The notes under the pieces were generated by a model. That model worked only from the letters and a program-made list of their open reading frames with translations. It searched no databases and was not told where the DNA came from. Positions 15,617-24,660 of a stretch of DNA of 64,000 bases are shown here, one piece after another. The stretch is taken from NCBI GenBank assembly GCA_947589055.1, contig CANPZL010000001.1:58697-122696 (forward strand). Direction: 5' to 3'. The position numbers and the translations under genes are program-made. Positions within the stretch are counted from its first letter, which is position 1. Every line of letters begins with the position of its first letter. The DNA is from an uncultured Lachnospiraceae bacterium. Lineage in GTDB: Bacteria; Bacillota; Clostridia; Lachnospirales; Lachnospiraceae.

Positions 15617-15815
15617 TTTCTGGATCCTTTCTTTTCGTAATTTCTTCCCTAATCTGTTACTTTATACTATTTTTTAAAAAAGTGCAAATTTCTATACTTT
15701 TTCTTGTAACGTGCAAACCTGCTTTCTTTTTATTGCACTTTTCGTAAAATCGTTTATACTGAAGGATAGGGATAGAAATCAACAAAACTACTGCTATATA
15801 TCAGGAGAACAGAAG

Positions 15816-17057
15816 ATGGGAAAGAGTAAAAAGAAAAACTGTATTGTTGCTCAATCCGGCGGTCCTACCGCTGCAATCAATGCCAGTCTGGCAGGCGTGA
15901 TTCAGGGCGTATTCTGTAGCGAGAGCTTTCAGACTATATACGGATCGATCAATGGGATCCTTGGTATCCTGAATGGGAGGCTCATGGATCTGACCAAACG
16001 CAGCAAAGAACTTCCTCACTTTATTGAAACCTTAAAAACCTCTCCCTCTATGTATCTTGGCTCTTGTCGTTATAAACTGCCGGATTATAAAGAAGATTCA
16101 GAACCTTATCAACAGATCTTCCAACTCTTCGATACAATGAATGTTCAAGCCTTTTTCTACATCGGCGGCAATGATTCTATGGATACGGTCATGAAGCTGG
16201 GACATTATGGTAAACAGATCGGCAGTCCGGTGTCTATCATCGGGATTCCAAAGACCATTGATAACGACCTTTGTGTTACGGATCATACGCCCGGTTATGG
16301 CTCCGCCGCAAAATTCGTAGCCTCATCCCTATTGGAAATCGCACATGATACCTTTATATATGCGGTGAAAAGTGTAACGATCGTAGAAATCATGGGACGG
16401 GATGCCGGCTGGCTGACTGCCGCCGCAGCATTGGCAAGAAACAATTATAATGCCGCCCCCCATCTGATCTATCTGCCGGAGGTTCCTTTTTCAAAGGAAA
16501 CTTTTTTAGAAGATGTCCGTCATTTACTTACAACCCGAAACAACGTGATCGTTGCTGTTTCGGAAGGGATCCGTGACGCAGACGGACATTATATCAGCGC
16601 AACTAATGCTGCGGCAGATACTTTTGGTCACAGTCAGTTAAGCGGAACGGGTAAAGTGTTGGAACATATGGTAAAAAAACAGCTTGGCGTTAAGGTTCGT
16701 TCCATTGAATTAAATGTATTGCAACGCTGTTCCTCCCATACGGCATCTCTGACAGATCTGAATGAATCGTTCCAGCTTGGCTGTAAGGCTGTAGAAGGAG
16801 CGGAGCAAGGTCAAACCATGTGTATGCTCACACTCCATCGTACCAGCCAAAACCCTTATTGCGTCAATGTGCATTTTTCTCCCGTGGACAATATTGCAAA
16901 TCAGTCAAAGTCGATTCCTAGAGAATGGATCAATAAAACCGGAAATGACGTAACTCCTCAGCTATTGGATTATATGCGTCCCCTGATCCAAGGGGAACCG
17001 GCACTTCAGTATCAGGATGGACTTCCGGTCTATCTTCCCATTGATCATCTGCTTTAA
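15816..17057 (+). CDS. 6-phosphofructokinase family enzyme with PPi-type signature residues
   Basis: The track start at 15711 is a GTG with no RBS. The ATG at 15816 has an AGGAGA RBS. AQSGGPTAAINASLAGV, IGGNDSMDT and IPKTIDNDL are present. The Asp after GG(D/N) and the Lys in PKTIDND are the residues that distinguish PPi-dependent from ATP-dependent PFKs. Confidence 0.85.
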   Translation: MGKSKKKNCIVAQSGGPTAAINASLAGVIQGVFCSESFQTIYGSINGILGILNGRLMDLTKRSKELPHFIETLKTSPSMYLGSCRYKLPDYKEDSEPYQQIFQLFDTMNVQAFFYIGGNDSMDTVMKLGHYGKQIGSPVSIIGIPKTIDNDLCVTDHTPGYGSAAKFVASSLLEIAHDTFIYAVKSVTIVEIMGRDAGWLTAAAALARNNYNAAPHLIYLPEVPFSKETFLEDVRHLLTTRNNVIVAVSEGIRDADGHYISATNAAADTFGHSQLSGTGKVLEHMVKKQLGVKVRSIELNVLQRCSSHTASLTDLNESFQLGCKAVEGAEQGQTMCMLTLHRTSQNPYCVNVHFSPVDNIANQSKSIPREWINKTGNDVTPQLLDYMRPLIQGEPALQYQDGLPVYLPIDHLL

Positions 17058-17063
17058 CAAAAC

Positions 17064-19349
17064 CTATGCGTTTAATTTATTCAACATCTTTTCCAGATAT
17101 TCATAAGTGATTTTCCCGTCGGAAAAACTGGGGATACTTTTTAGCGGCATCTCTCTGGTCTGTGCTTCCATCATATCTTTCATGCCTTCTCCCAGAAGGT
17201 TTTCTCCGGTTTCATCAACAAAGATACTTTCACAAAAATGCTTTAATTCCGCCACTTCATCCTTTATTTCTTCACATTCAAATAAGTCCTCTAGTAACGT
17301 ATTCATGGTATAATTGCGACGATGCCGGACTGCCGGAGTTACATACACCGTTTCCGATAACCGGATGTCCCGGGAAGATGCACCGATCAATATTGCAAAT
17401 TCTCCTTCCTCCGTATACCAGTCTTTTGCTTCCGTATCATAATATGCCCATGCCCGTTTTCCAAGCGTAAAGGTAACCGTTTTCTTTTCGCCCGGCTCTA
17501 AGGATACTTTTTCAAAACCTTTTAATTCTTTGACCGGACGAATCACTCTGCTTTTCAAATCCTGGATATATAACTGCACTACCTCTTTTCCAAACCGGTC
17601 TCCCGTATTGGTAATCCTTACAGAAACCCGGCACTCTTCTTCATCATTGAATCGTTTGCGGTCTACCGTCAGATCCGAATATGCAAACGTGGTGTAACTC
17701 AATCCATGTCCGAAGGGGAACAGGACGTTCATTTCTTTCTTATCATAATACCGATACCCTACAAAAATTCCTTCCTTATATTCCACTCTCGTTTCCTCTC
17801 CGGGAAAATTCAGATAAGACGGATTGTCCGCCAGCTTTACGGGAAAGGTTTCCGGAAGCTTTCCGGAGGGATTGGCGTCACCAAATAATATATCAATTAC
17901 CGCTTCTCCCACGCCTTCACCGCCCAGATAAGTCTCTAATACCGCTTTGACCTTATCAATCCACGGCATTTCTACCGGAGAACCGTTATGAAGTACGACT
18001 ATCGTATTCGGCTGCACCTCTGCCACTGCTTGTATCAGGCGGTTTTGGTTTTCCGGCAGCCGCATATGCTTTCGATCAAAGCCTTCCGATTCGTAAGAAT
18101 CCGGAAGTCCTGCAAAGATCACCGCAGCCTCTGCATTCCCGGCAGCTGCTATGGCGTCATTTAAACGCTTTCTGTCCAGATCAGTATCTTCTTTGCCCAT
18201 GGTATCTACCGTATCGAAGCCGGAAACATAGGTAATATTCTCCATTGTTTTTACCTGATCCAGTGCAGACGACCAATGCTTTGTATTTACATGGGAACTT
18301 CCTCCTCCCTGAAATCTCGGTTTTTCTGCAAACTTACCAATAAAAGCAAGCCGGCTCTCTTTCGACAAGGGCAGCAAATGCTCCTCGTTTTTTAAGAGAA
18401 CCATACATTCTTTTGCTGTCTGAACCGCCAATTTATGATCTGCCTGCCGGTCCCATACTGCCTCTGTATCCCGATTTTCCACATAAGTCATGATAGCGGC
18501 AACGATCCGTTCACAGGCGGAGTCCAGTACAGATTCCGGAATAGACCCGCTTCTTACTGCTTCTACGATCTTCGCATCATTCCAGCCGCCACTGCCCGGC
18601 ATCTCCAGATCCAATCCGGCAAGCAGGCCTTTTACACGGTCATTGACAGCGCCCCAGTCCGTCACAACTAAGCCTTCATATCCCCATTCATTCTTTAACA
18701 CATCTGTAAGCAGCCAACGGTTTTCTGAGGCAAAGGTGCCGTTTAGCTGATTATAGGAGCACATCACTGCCCAGGGCTTTGCCTCTTTTATCGCATCCTC
18801 AAAGGCGGCAAGATAGATTTCCCGTAAAGCCCGTTCCTCTACCTGAGAACTGATCGACATTCTTCTGGTTTCCTGATTATTTGCCGCAAAATGCTTGATA
18901 CAGGCGCCAACGCCTTTGCTTTGTACGCCTTTAATATGTGCAGCCGCAATCTGGCTGGACAGATAGGGATCCTCGGAATAGTATTCAAAATTCCGGCCAC
19001 AAATCGGACTTCGTTTGATATTTGCTCCCGGTCCCAGCAGGATACTGATATTTTCCGCCTGACAGGCATTCCCCATCGCCTGTCCTGCCTGAAACATGGT
19101 CTCCCGGTCAAAAGAAGCTGCCTCCGCACAGGAACCGGGAAAGCATACTGCTTCTATGCTCTCATTGATCCCGGCGCCTTCCTCTTCCGACTGTTTCCGT
19201 AAACCATTCGGGCCGTCGCAGACCATAACTTCCGGTATTCCCAGACGTTCCACAGATTTCAACCTCCAGAAATCCTTACCGGAGCATAAGCCTGCCTTTT
19301 CCTCTAATGTCATTTGTTTTACCAGTGCATTTGCTTCTTTTCTTGTCAT
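17064..19349 (-). CDS. Glycoside hydrolase family 3 beta-glucosidase/xylosidase-like enzyme
   Basis: 761 aa. GH3 motifs are KHFAANNQETRRM and the VVTDWGA nucleophile region. A C-terminal fibronectin-like domain is present. Confidence 0.9.
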   Translation of the reverse strand: MTRKEANALVKQMTLEEKAGLCSGKDFWRLKSVERLGIPEVMVCDGPNGLRKQSEEEGAGINESIEAVCFPGSCAEAASFDRETMFQAGQAMGNACQAENISILLGPGANIKRSPICGRNFEYYSEDPYLSSQIAAAHIKGVQSKGVGACIKHFAANNQETRRMSISSQVEERALREIYLAAFEDAIKEAKPWAVMCSYNQLNGTFASENRWLLTDVLKNEWGYEGLVVTDWGAVNDRVKGLLAGLDLEMPGSGGWNDAKIVEAVRSGSIPESVLDSACERIVAAIMTYVENRDTEAVWDRQADHKLAVQTAKECMVLLKNEEHLLPLSKESRLAFIGKFAEKPRFQGGGSSHVNTKHWSSALDQVKTMENITYVSGFDTVDTMGKEDTDLDRKRLNDAIAAAGNAEAAVIFAGLPDSYESEGFDRKHMRLPENQNRLIQAVAEVQPNTIVVLHNGSPVEMPWIDKVKAVLETYLGGEGVGEAVIDILFGDANPSGKLPETFPVKLADNPSYLNFPGEETRVEYKEGIFVGYRYYDKKEMNVLFPFGHGLSYTTFAYSDLTVDRKRFNDEEECRVSVRITNTGDRFGKEVVQLYIQDLKSRVIRPVKELKGFEKVSLEPGEKKTVTFTLGKRAWAYYDTEAKDWYTEEGEFAILIGASSRDIRLSETVYVTPAVRHRRNYTMNTLLEDLFECEEIKDEVAELKHFCESIFVDETGENLLGEGMKDMMEAQTREMPLKSIPSFSDGKITYEYLEKMLNKLNA

Positions 19350-19366
19350 ATCCCAAACCTCCTGTT

Positions 19367-20617
19367 TTAATTCCTAGATCCCTCATTTATGGATCCGCTT
19401 TCTTGTTCCCCTTTATTCCTTTTCAGTTCGGCAAATTTAGCTGCCATCGTAGGATTTTTTGCAGTCAGCCGTTTAATGGTTAAATCCTCCGCTTTGTTAT
19501 TTGCAAGCCGGAGATTATTTTCCGAGGATAACAACGCATCTTTTGTTTTCTGCAAATGATCGATGGTTTTATCGATTTCTTCGATGGCTTTTTTAAATTT
19601 ATCACTTGCTATGCGATAATTTCTCGAAAATTTATCCTTAAACTCATTCATATCATCTTCAAATCGAGAAATATCAAGGTTCTGATTCCTGATCAGCGCC
19701 AGTTCCTGTCTGTATTCCAGCGAACGCATAGCGGCATTCCGCAGCAACGTAATCATAGGAATAAAAAACTGCGGCCTTATAACATACATCTTTTCATAAC
19801 GATGGGACATGTCCACGATACCGGAATTATAAAGTTCGCTATCTGCCTCCAAAAGTGAAACCAAAACCGCATATTCGCAATTTTTTTCCCGTCGATCCTT
19901 ATCCAGCTCCTTTAAAAAATCTTCATTCTTTTTCTTAGTTGCAGTTTCCTCCATTTCATTTTTCATTTCAAACATAATCGAAATGATCTCGATTCCTTCC
20001 GAATCTGTTTCTCTGAAAATATAATCCCCTTTGCTTCCTGTCTTTGCATCGTTGTCTTTTTCAAAATAGGCATTTTGAAAACCGGTTGCACGGAGCCGGT
20101 TAAATTCCGTTTCGCAATGCTTCTCCAAGCTTTCTCCCACCATCTTTGTGGATTGTCTTGCTTTGAATTCCTTATAATGGGCGATTTCCTCGTCTTTCCA
20201 TCTTAATTTTTCCTCATATTGTTCTTTTAGTGCCTGTGCCTTGAACTGAGCTTCTTTTTTTTCATTTTCTATAGTTCCGGATAATTCATATATCCTTCGT
20301 TCCTTTTCCTGAATCTGCCTGTCCTTTTCCGATACTGCCTGCGTTACAGCCAAGAGTTGTTTTGTCTCGCCTTCCCTTAACTTTGCCTCTAAGTCGGCAA
20401 TCGTTTTTTCTTTTTCAGCTAATGTATGTTGATATTCTTTTTCCGTTTCTGCTTTTGCGAGCTTAACCGCCTGTTCCCGTTCTTCTCTGAATGTTTTCTC
20501 TCTTTTTTGTAATTCTTCTCCAAATTCTTTATCCCGCACCTGTTTTACAATAGACGCATAGCCAGCCTCATCTACCTGAAATACTTCCCCGCACTTTGGA
20601 CATTTAATCTCCTGCAT
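19367..20617 (-). CDS. DUF2130-type protein: N-terminal zinc ribbon, long coiled coil, C-terminal nuclease-fold-like domain
   Basis: 416 aa. [20 protein letters not shown], followed by an EK-rich coiled coil, then ..[26 protein letters not shown].. Confidence 0.7.
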   Translation of the reverse strand: MQEIKCPKCGEVFQVDEAGYASIVKQVRDKEFGEELQKREKTFREEREQAVKLAKAETEKEYQHTLAEKEKTIADLEAKLREGETKQLLAVTQAVSEKDRQIQEKERRIYELSGTIENEKKEAQFKAQALKEQYEEKLRWKDEEIAHYKEFKARQSTKMVGESLEKHCETEFNRLRATGFQNAYFEKDNDAKTGSKGDYIFRETDSEGIEIISIMFEMKNEMEETATKKKNEDFLKELDKDRREKNCEYAVLVSLLEADSELYNSGIVDMSHRYEKMYVIRPQFFIPMITLLRNAAMRSLEYRQELALIRNQNLDISRFEDDMNEFKDKFSRNYRIASDKFKKAIEEIDKTIDHLQKTKDALLSSENNLRLANNKAEDLTIKRLTAKNPTMAAKFAELKRNKGEQESGSINEGSRN

Positions 20618-20790
20618 ACTGTTTCCTCCTCGATCTCGTCTCGTTGGATTCCCTGTTCTCTTCCATTCTTATGCCAATAGTTTACTATATATATTTTCAT
20701 TTATCAATTCTCCTTTCCGTCTTTTCCAGCCGAAAGATCCCGTATTTTTATCAAGCATCGCATTTCAGTATACTTTCAGAATGATTTCAT

Positions 20791-20820
20791 GAATAGAATT
20801 TTTTTCCTTACACATACTAT
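20791..20820 (+). promoter_or_regulatory. Possible mother-cell sigma (sigE-like) promoter for the CotF-like pair
   Basis: GAATAGA (20791-97), a 15-nt spacer, then CATACTAT (20813-20). The sigE consensus is kmATAww-14-CATACAnT. This is a motif match only. Confidence 0.25.
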
Positions 20821-20849
20821 CCTTGAAATTAAAAAAAGGAGATGGAACT

Positions 20850-21035
20850 ATGAGTAATTTATCAGAACTTGAATTGCAGAATCTTCGCCACTTGATTGGC
20901 GGATTCGAAACCAGCCATTGCAAAATGCAAAGCTATGCGCAAGAAGCAACTGACCCACAAATTAAGTCTTTCTTCGAGGACGCTGTTACCTCCTCTATGG
21001 ATAACAAACAGACCTTGATGAAATTCTTACAGTAA
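20850..21035 (+). CDS. Spore coat protein F (CotF)-like small protein
   Basis: The ATG at 20850 has an AAAGGAGA RBS; the track start is a TTG. MSNLSELELQNLRHLIGGFETSHCKMQSYAQEATDPQIKSFF.. has the helical pattern of the Coat_F family. Confidence 0.6.
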   Translation: MSNLSELELQNLRHLIGGFETSHCKMQSYAQEATDPQIKSFFEDAVTSSMDNKQTLMKFLQ

Positions 21036-21058
21036 TCAAACACGAGGAGGGAAAATGT

Positions 21059-21301
21059 ATGGAAGAAAAGACGATGGTAGCAGACACCTTAGAAGGTATC
21101 AATGCAGAGTTAAAAAAATATGCCGACATGATTCCGCAGACGGAAAATAAAGAGTTAAAACAGACCTTAAAGCAATTCCGTAATGCGGCTGAAATGTCAC
21201 AGGAACAAATCTATTCCATTGCCCGGGAAAAACAGTATTATATTCCGGCTGCGAAGGCAACAGAGGACGAAGTTTCTCATGTAAGAAATCTGTTCTGTTA
21301 A
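21059..21301 (+). CDS. Spore coat protein F (CotF)-like small protein, partner of the preceding gene
   Basis: 80 aa with a GAGGAGGG RBS. ..MVADTLEGINAELKKYADMIPQTENKELKQTLKQFRNAAEMSQEQIY.. Confidence 0.55.
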   Translation: MEEKTMVADTLEGINAELKKYADMIPQTENKELKQTLKQFRNAAEMSQEQIYSIAREKQYYIPAAKATEDEVSHVRNLFC

Positions 21302-21316
21302 ATCGTTCCATCAAAA

Positions 21317-21374
21317 ATGCGGTGCCTGTAAAATCCTCCATATCCGGAGAACTTGCAGAAACCGCATTTTTTTA
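21317..21374. terminator. Compound hairpin between convergent genes (bidirectional terminator candidate)
   Basis: atgcggt (21317-23) pairs with accgcat (21361-67). A T7 run follows on the plus strand and an A5 run precedes it. The 37-nt loop has internal pairing. Confidence 0.45.
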
Positions 21375-21402
21375 AGATTATTGTTCTTTCATTCTTAGAG
21401 CC

Positions 21403-24360
21403 TTATGAAAAGGAGGAAATTTCAGTTCCTTCTGTTTGAATGGGTACCACTCCTTCCTCGATCATTTCCAACATGATCTTTACAATCGCCGGATCAAACT
21501 GCGTACCGGAACAGCGCTTTAATTCTTCCATGATGCTTTCTTTATCCAAGCTCTTTCGATAGCATCTGGCACTGGACATCGCATCATAGGAATCTGCAAC
21601 ACAGATAATCCTGGCAAAAAATGGGATTTCCTCTCCTTTTAAGCCTTCATTATACCCTTGACCGTCATATCGTTCATGATGATACCTTGCCCCTTCACTA
21701 ATACCGGGCAAAGAGGTAAAATCTTTTAAAATATCTCCGCCGATGGCGGGATGGCTCATAATTATCTCCCGCTCCTCCTGGGTCAGCTTACCAGGCTTAT
21801 TCAAAATCTCATCGGAAATACCAATCTTTCCTATATCATGAAGCAGGGCGATATAATAGATTCGTTCCTGTTCTTCTTTTGACAGCTTTAACCGCTTTGC
21901 AATTTCCAGCGCATATGCCGCAACCCGAATCGAATGCCCGTTCGTATATTTATCTTTGGCATCAATCGTATTTGCAAAGGTTTGCAATGCTTGTGCAATA
22001 ATACTCTGGTATTCTTTCTGCCGCTGTTTTAATCGTCTGGTCTTAATCTGAATAAAAACGAAAAAGATGAGCAGCAACAGTAAAAATCCCAAAACCCCAG
22101 CCAATATCCAAAACCATGTATGTTCCCATAGTTTATAATCCTTATGAATAGATATGTTGCACGTGCCTGTCTGGGTATGATCGTCTTCCCCTAATACCTC
22201 CAGTACAAATTCATAGTCACCACCGGATAAATTCGTATAACTGGCGCTTAAAGGCTGATCATTTGTCAAATAATGATATTCCTCATCAAAGCCCTTTAAC
22301 TGATACCTTACCGTTACTGACTGTTCCGAGTAGGACAAAGCAGCAAAATAAAAGGTTAAACGGGTAGCATTCTGATCCAAAGTGATAGACTTCGGCATTT
22401 CATATGTAATATCATCTACTGTCACCTCATTGATCACAGAACGAATCGGCACCTGTTCCTTTTCCATATCTGACATATCTAAGACCGATAATCCATTGCC
22501 GGTACAAAGATATAACACATTTCCCTGCGCATCGTTCCACGTATTTGCATTCAGGGTACCGGTTAATCCCTCTGAAACACCTAACACCTTTACTTCCGTT
22601 TCCTGCCCGGATAGAAGCTGGCTGCGGTTCAATACATTGATTCCGTTACTTTGCATCAGCCAAAGTTCTTCTCCGTTTAAATACATATCAAAAATACTGC
22701 CCGGACTCTTATCATAATTATCTAACAGCCGGAAGGATTCATAATCCCAGTAATACAAGCTGTTTCCCGCACTGATAAAAAGCCCCGCACCATCTGAATC
22801 CGGCAGCATACGAAGCACAACTCCAGAATCCAAGCCCTGATCAAAGCCATACTGTGTCACCGTATCCCCTTGTATTGCGAAAAACCCCTGACCGTCGCTT
22901 CCTGCATATAAAGTTCCCTCCGCATCTTCACACAGACAAAGTATGGCCGGATAGGTAAGACCATCTTTTTCCGTATAGGTTCGCACCACCTCATGATCCT
23001 GCAAAATACTGATGCCATTCTGTGAAGCGACAGCAATTCTGCCATCCGAGCATTCCATGATCATTCTGATCTGGGAATCGGACAGACCTTCCTCTTCCGT
23101 GAATGCCGTAATGCTCTCCTCTTCCGGTTCATAAAGCAGCAATCCATGCTGATAATAGGTTCCGATCCAGATATTCCCATCACTGTCACACAGGATATTC
23201 CGAATCCGCTCCCCCTGTAACAATTCCGTTAATTCATTCTCTACCGACCGGAATTCTGAATCCAGAAGTAACAGACCGGTATCGGTTCCCAGATAGTATT
23301 TATCTCCACAGACCGCCACTGTGTTAATGGAGGTTTCTGCTAATCCTGCCCTGTCGTTGGCATTATAGTAAAGCCCGTCAACCAAATGAATGATTCCATA
23401 GCTGGTAGAAGCGATCCATACATTTCCTTCATAATCAAAGTCTATAACATTCGCTGCTGCCGCATGTTCAGCCGAAACAAGATTCCAGCGTTTTTCACTA
23501 TCAAAATATCCTACGCCATTCAAAGCGGCAACCCAGATATTACCTTTATCATCCTCTTTAATATCATTTACGGTTGAAAGCGTATCAATAGTGTATTTCT
23601 CAAAGGAAAAGGAACGCTCCCCATAATCGGAATTCAAAAAAATTAAATGGTATATCAGGTTTTCACTGGTTCCCAGATACAGCCCGCCTTCTTTATCCAC
23701 ACCTGCGCAATACAACGGAGCATCTAAATACACATTGGAATCAAAGGTGAAAATCACCTTATCCTTTGAAAGCAGCATTGCCTTACCATCATCCATACAC
23801 GTCCATAAAACGTCGTTTTCATCTACCGCCATACTGTAAATCGTCATTCCGTGTACTTCTTCGTTCACCAGAACCAGAGCTTCTCCCTCTACCTTAGCCA
23901 GTCCGGAGGTAGTGCCTACATAAATAGTTCCTTCCTTATCCTCAGCAAAAGAGCGGACGGATAAAAATTCCTTTTTATTCTCATAGCTGTATGGCTTAAA
24001 TTCATTATTCTCGTACAGATAAACGCCTTTGTCATTCGTACCTATCCACAGTCTTCCCTGACTGTCCTCAAAAAAGGAACGAATACTGGAAGATGGAAGC
24101 TGTTCTTCTTTGGAATAATTCAAAAATGTAGTACCGTCATAACGGATCAATCCGCCATAGCTGCCTATCCAAACATATCCGTCACTGGTCTGCAAAACGG
24201 TATTGGCTTCTCCTGTCGGCAGCCCATTGGATTCGTTATACTCATATATCACCCAATCATGCAATTCAAATGGCAGCTCTGCTAAGGCATATACCGGCTT
24301 CCATACCAATACCGTCAGCAGGCAAATCCATAAACCGATTTTCTTCCTTCTTGTTTTCAT
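21403..24360 (-). CDS. Membrane-anchored sensor: signal peptide, beta-propeller repeats (two-component regulator propeller / Y_Y_Y type), TM helix, cytoplasmic HD-GYP phosphodiesterase domain
   Basis: 985 aa. It contains repeated ..G.LWIGT..G.. blades and the TM segment WFWILAGVLGFLLLLLIFFVFI. The catalytic domain has HSIRVA..LLHDIGKIGI..HHERYDGQGY(N). Confidence 0.85.
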   Translation of the reverse strand: MKTRRKKIGLWICLLTVLVWKPVYALAELPFELHDWVIYEYNESNGLPTGEANTVLQTSDGYVWIGSYGGLIRYDGTTFLNYSKEEQLPSSSIRSFFEDSQGRLWIGTNDKGVYLYENNEFKPYSYENKKEFLSVRSFAEDKEGTIYVGTTSGLAKVEGEALVLVNEEVHGMTIYSMAVDENDVLWTCMDDGKAMLLSKDKVIFTFDSNVYLDAPLYCAGVDKEGGLYLGTSENLIYHLIFLNSDYGERSFSFEKYTIDTLSTVNDIKEDDKGNIWVAALNGVGYFDSEKRWNLVSAEHAAAANVIDFDYEGNVWIASTSYGIIHLVDGLYYNANDRAGLAETSINTVAVCGDKYYLGTDTGLLLLDSEFRSVENELTELLQGERIRNILCDSDGNIWIGTYYQHGLLLYEPEEESITAFTEEEGLSDSQIRMIMECSDGRIAVASQNGISILQDHEVVRTYTEKDGLTYPAILCLCEDAEGTLYAGSDGQGFFAIQGDTVTQYGFDQGLDSGVVLRMLPDSDGAGLFISAGNSLYYWDYESFRLLDNYDKSPGSIFDMYLNGEELWLMQSNGINVLNRSQLLSGQETEVKVLGVSEGLTGTLNANTWNDAQGNVLYLCTGNGLSVLDMSDMEKEQVPIRSVINEVTVDDITYEMPKSITLDQNATRLTFYFAALSYSEQSVTVRYQLKGFDEEYHYLTNDQPLSASYTNLSGGDYEFVLEVLGEDDHTQTGTCNISIHKDYKLWEHTWFWILAGVLGFLLLLLIFFVFIQIKTRRLKQRQKEYQSIIAQALQTFANTIDAKDKYTNGHSIRVAAYALEIAKRLKLSKEEQERIYYIALLHDIGKIGISDEILNKPGKLTQEEREIIMSHPAIGGDILKDFTSLPGISEGARYHHERYDGQGYNEGLKGEEIPFFARIICVADSYDAMSSARCYRKSLDKESIMEELKRCSGTQFDPAIVKIMLEMIEEGVVPIQTEGTEISSFS

Positions 24361-24403
24361 CGTTTTCCTCTTTCCTTTTCTATATGTATCCTATGAATGA
24401 AAT

Positions 24404-24579
24404 TCGCATTTGCTCGCTATATATTCTCACTAAACTCGTCCTGCGCTTCGCTTGTACTCGTTAAGTGTTCATATTACACCATTCGGTCTAAGCTCGCATT
24501 CTGCTCGCTAAGATCTTCGGTATATATTCTCACTAAACTCGTCCTGCGCTTCGCTTGTACTCGTTAAGTGTTCATATTA
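24404..24579. repeat. Tandem direct repeat in the gltD / HD-GYP intergenic region (exact 59-bp core, two copies)
   Basis: tatatattctcactaaactcgtcctgcgcttcgcttgtactcgttaagtgttcatatta occurs at 24418-24476 and again at 24521-24579. The flanks tcgcatt(c)tgctcgcta are also repeated. Copy 2 carries a 10-nt insertion, agatcttcgg. Confidence 0.9.
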
Positions 24580-24606
24580 TATCATGTCATTTCATTTATC
24601 ACAATC

Positions 24607-24641
24607 AAAACTCCGGTTGAATTTCTTCAAACCGGAGTTTT
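24607..24641 (-). terminator. Rho-independent terminator after gltD (symmetric, could act in both directions)
   Basis: aaaactccggtt (24607-18) pairs with aaccggagtttt (24630-41) around an 11-nt loop, with T/A runs on both sides. Confidence 0.75.
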
Positions 24642-24660
24642 TCACGTATACACTACATAC

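Noticed and set aside
15711-15815. Long N-terminal extensions in the ORF track. These occur here and at 4995, 30777, 36226, 38019, 38942, 40888, 46295, 47759, 51569, 53604 and 56656.
   Set aside because: The extensions mostly begin at TTG or GTG codons (ATG at 4995, 46295, 47759, 53604) without an RBS, and some overlap the upstream gene (4995, 36226, 47759). In each case an internal ATG has a GGAGG-type RBS and gives the canonical family N-terminus.
24404-24579. The repeat could be a CRISPR array.
   Set aside because: There are only two copies, the 59-bp unit is too long, the flanks are also duplicated (a tandem duplication), and no cas genes are nearby.
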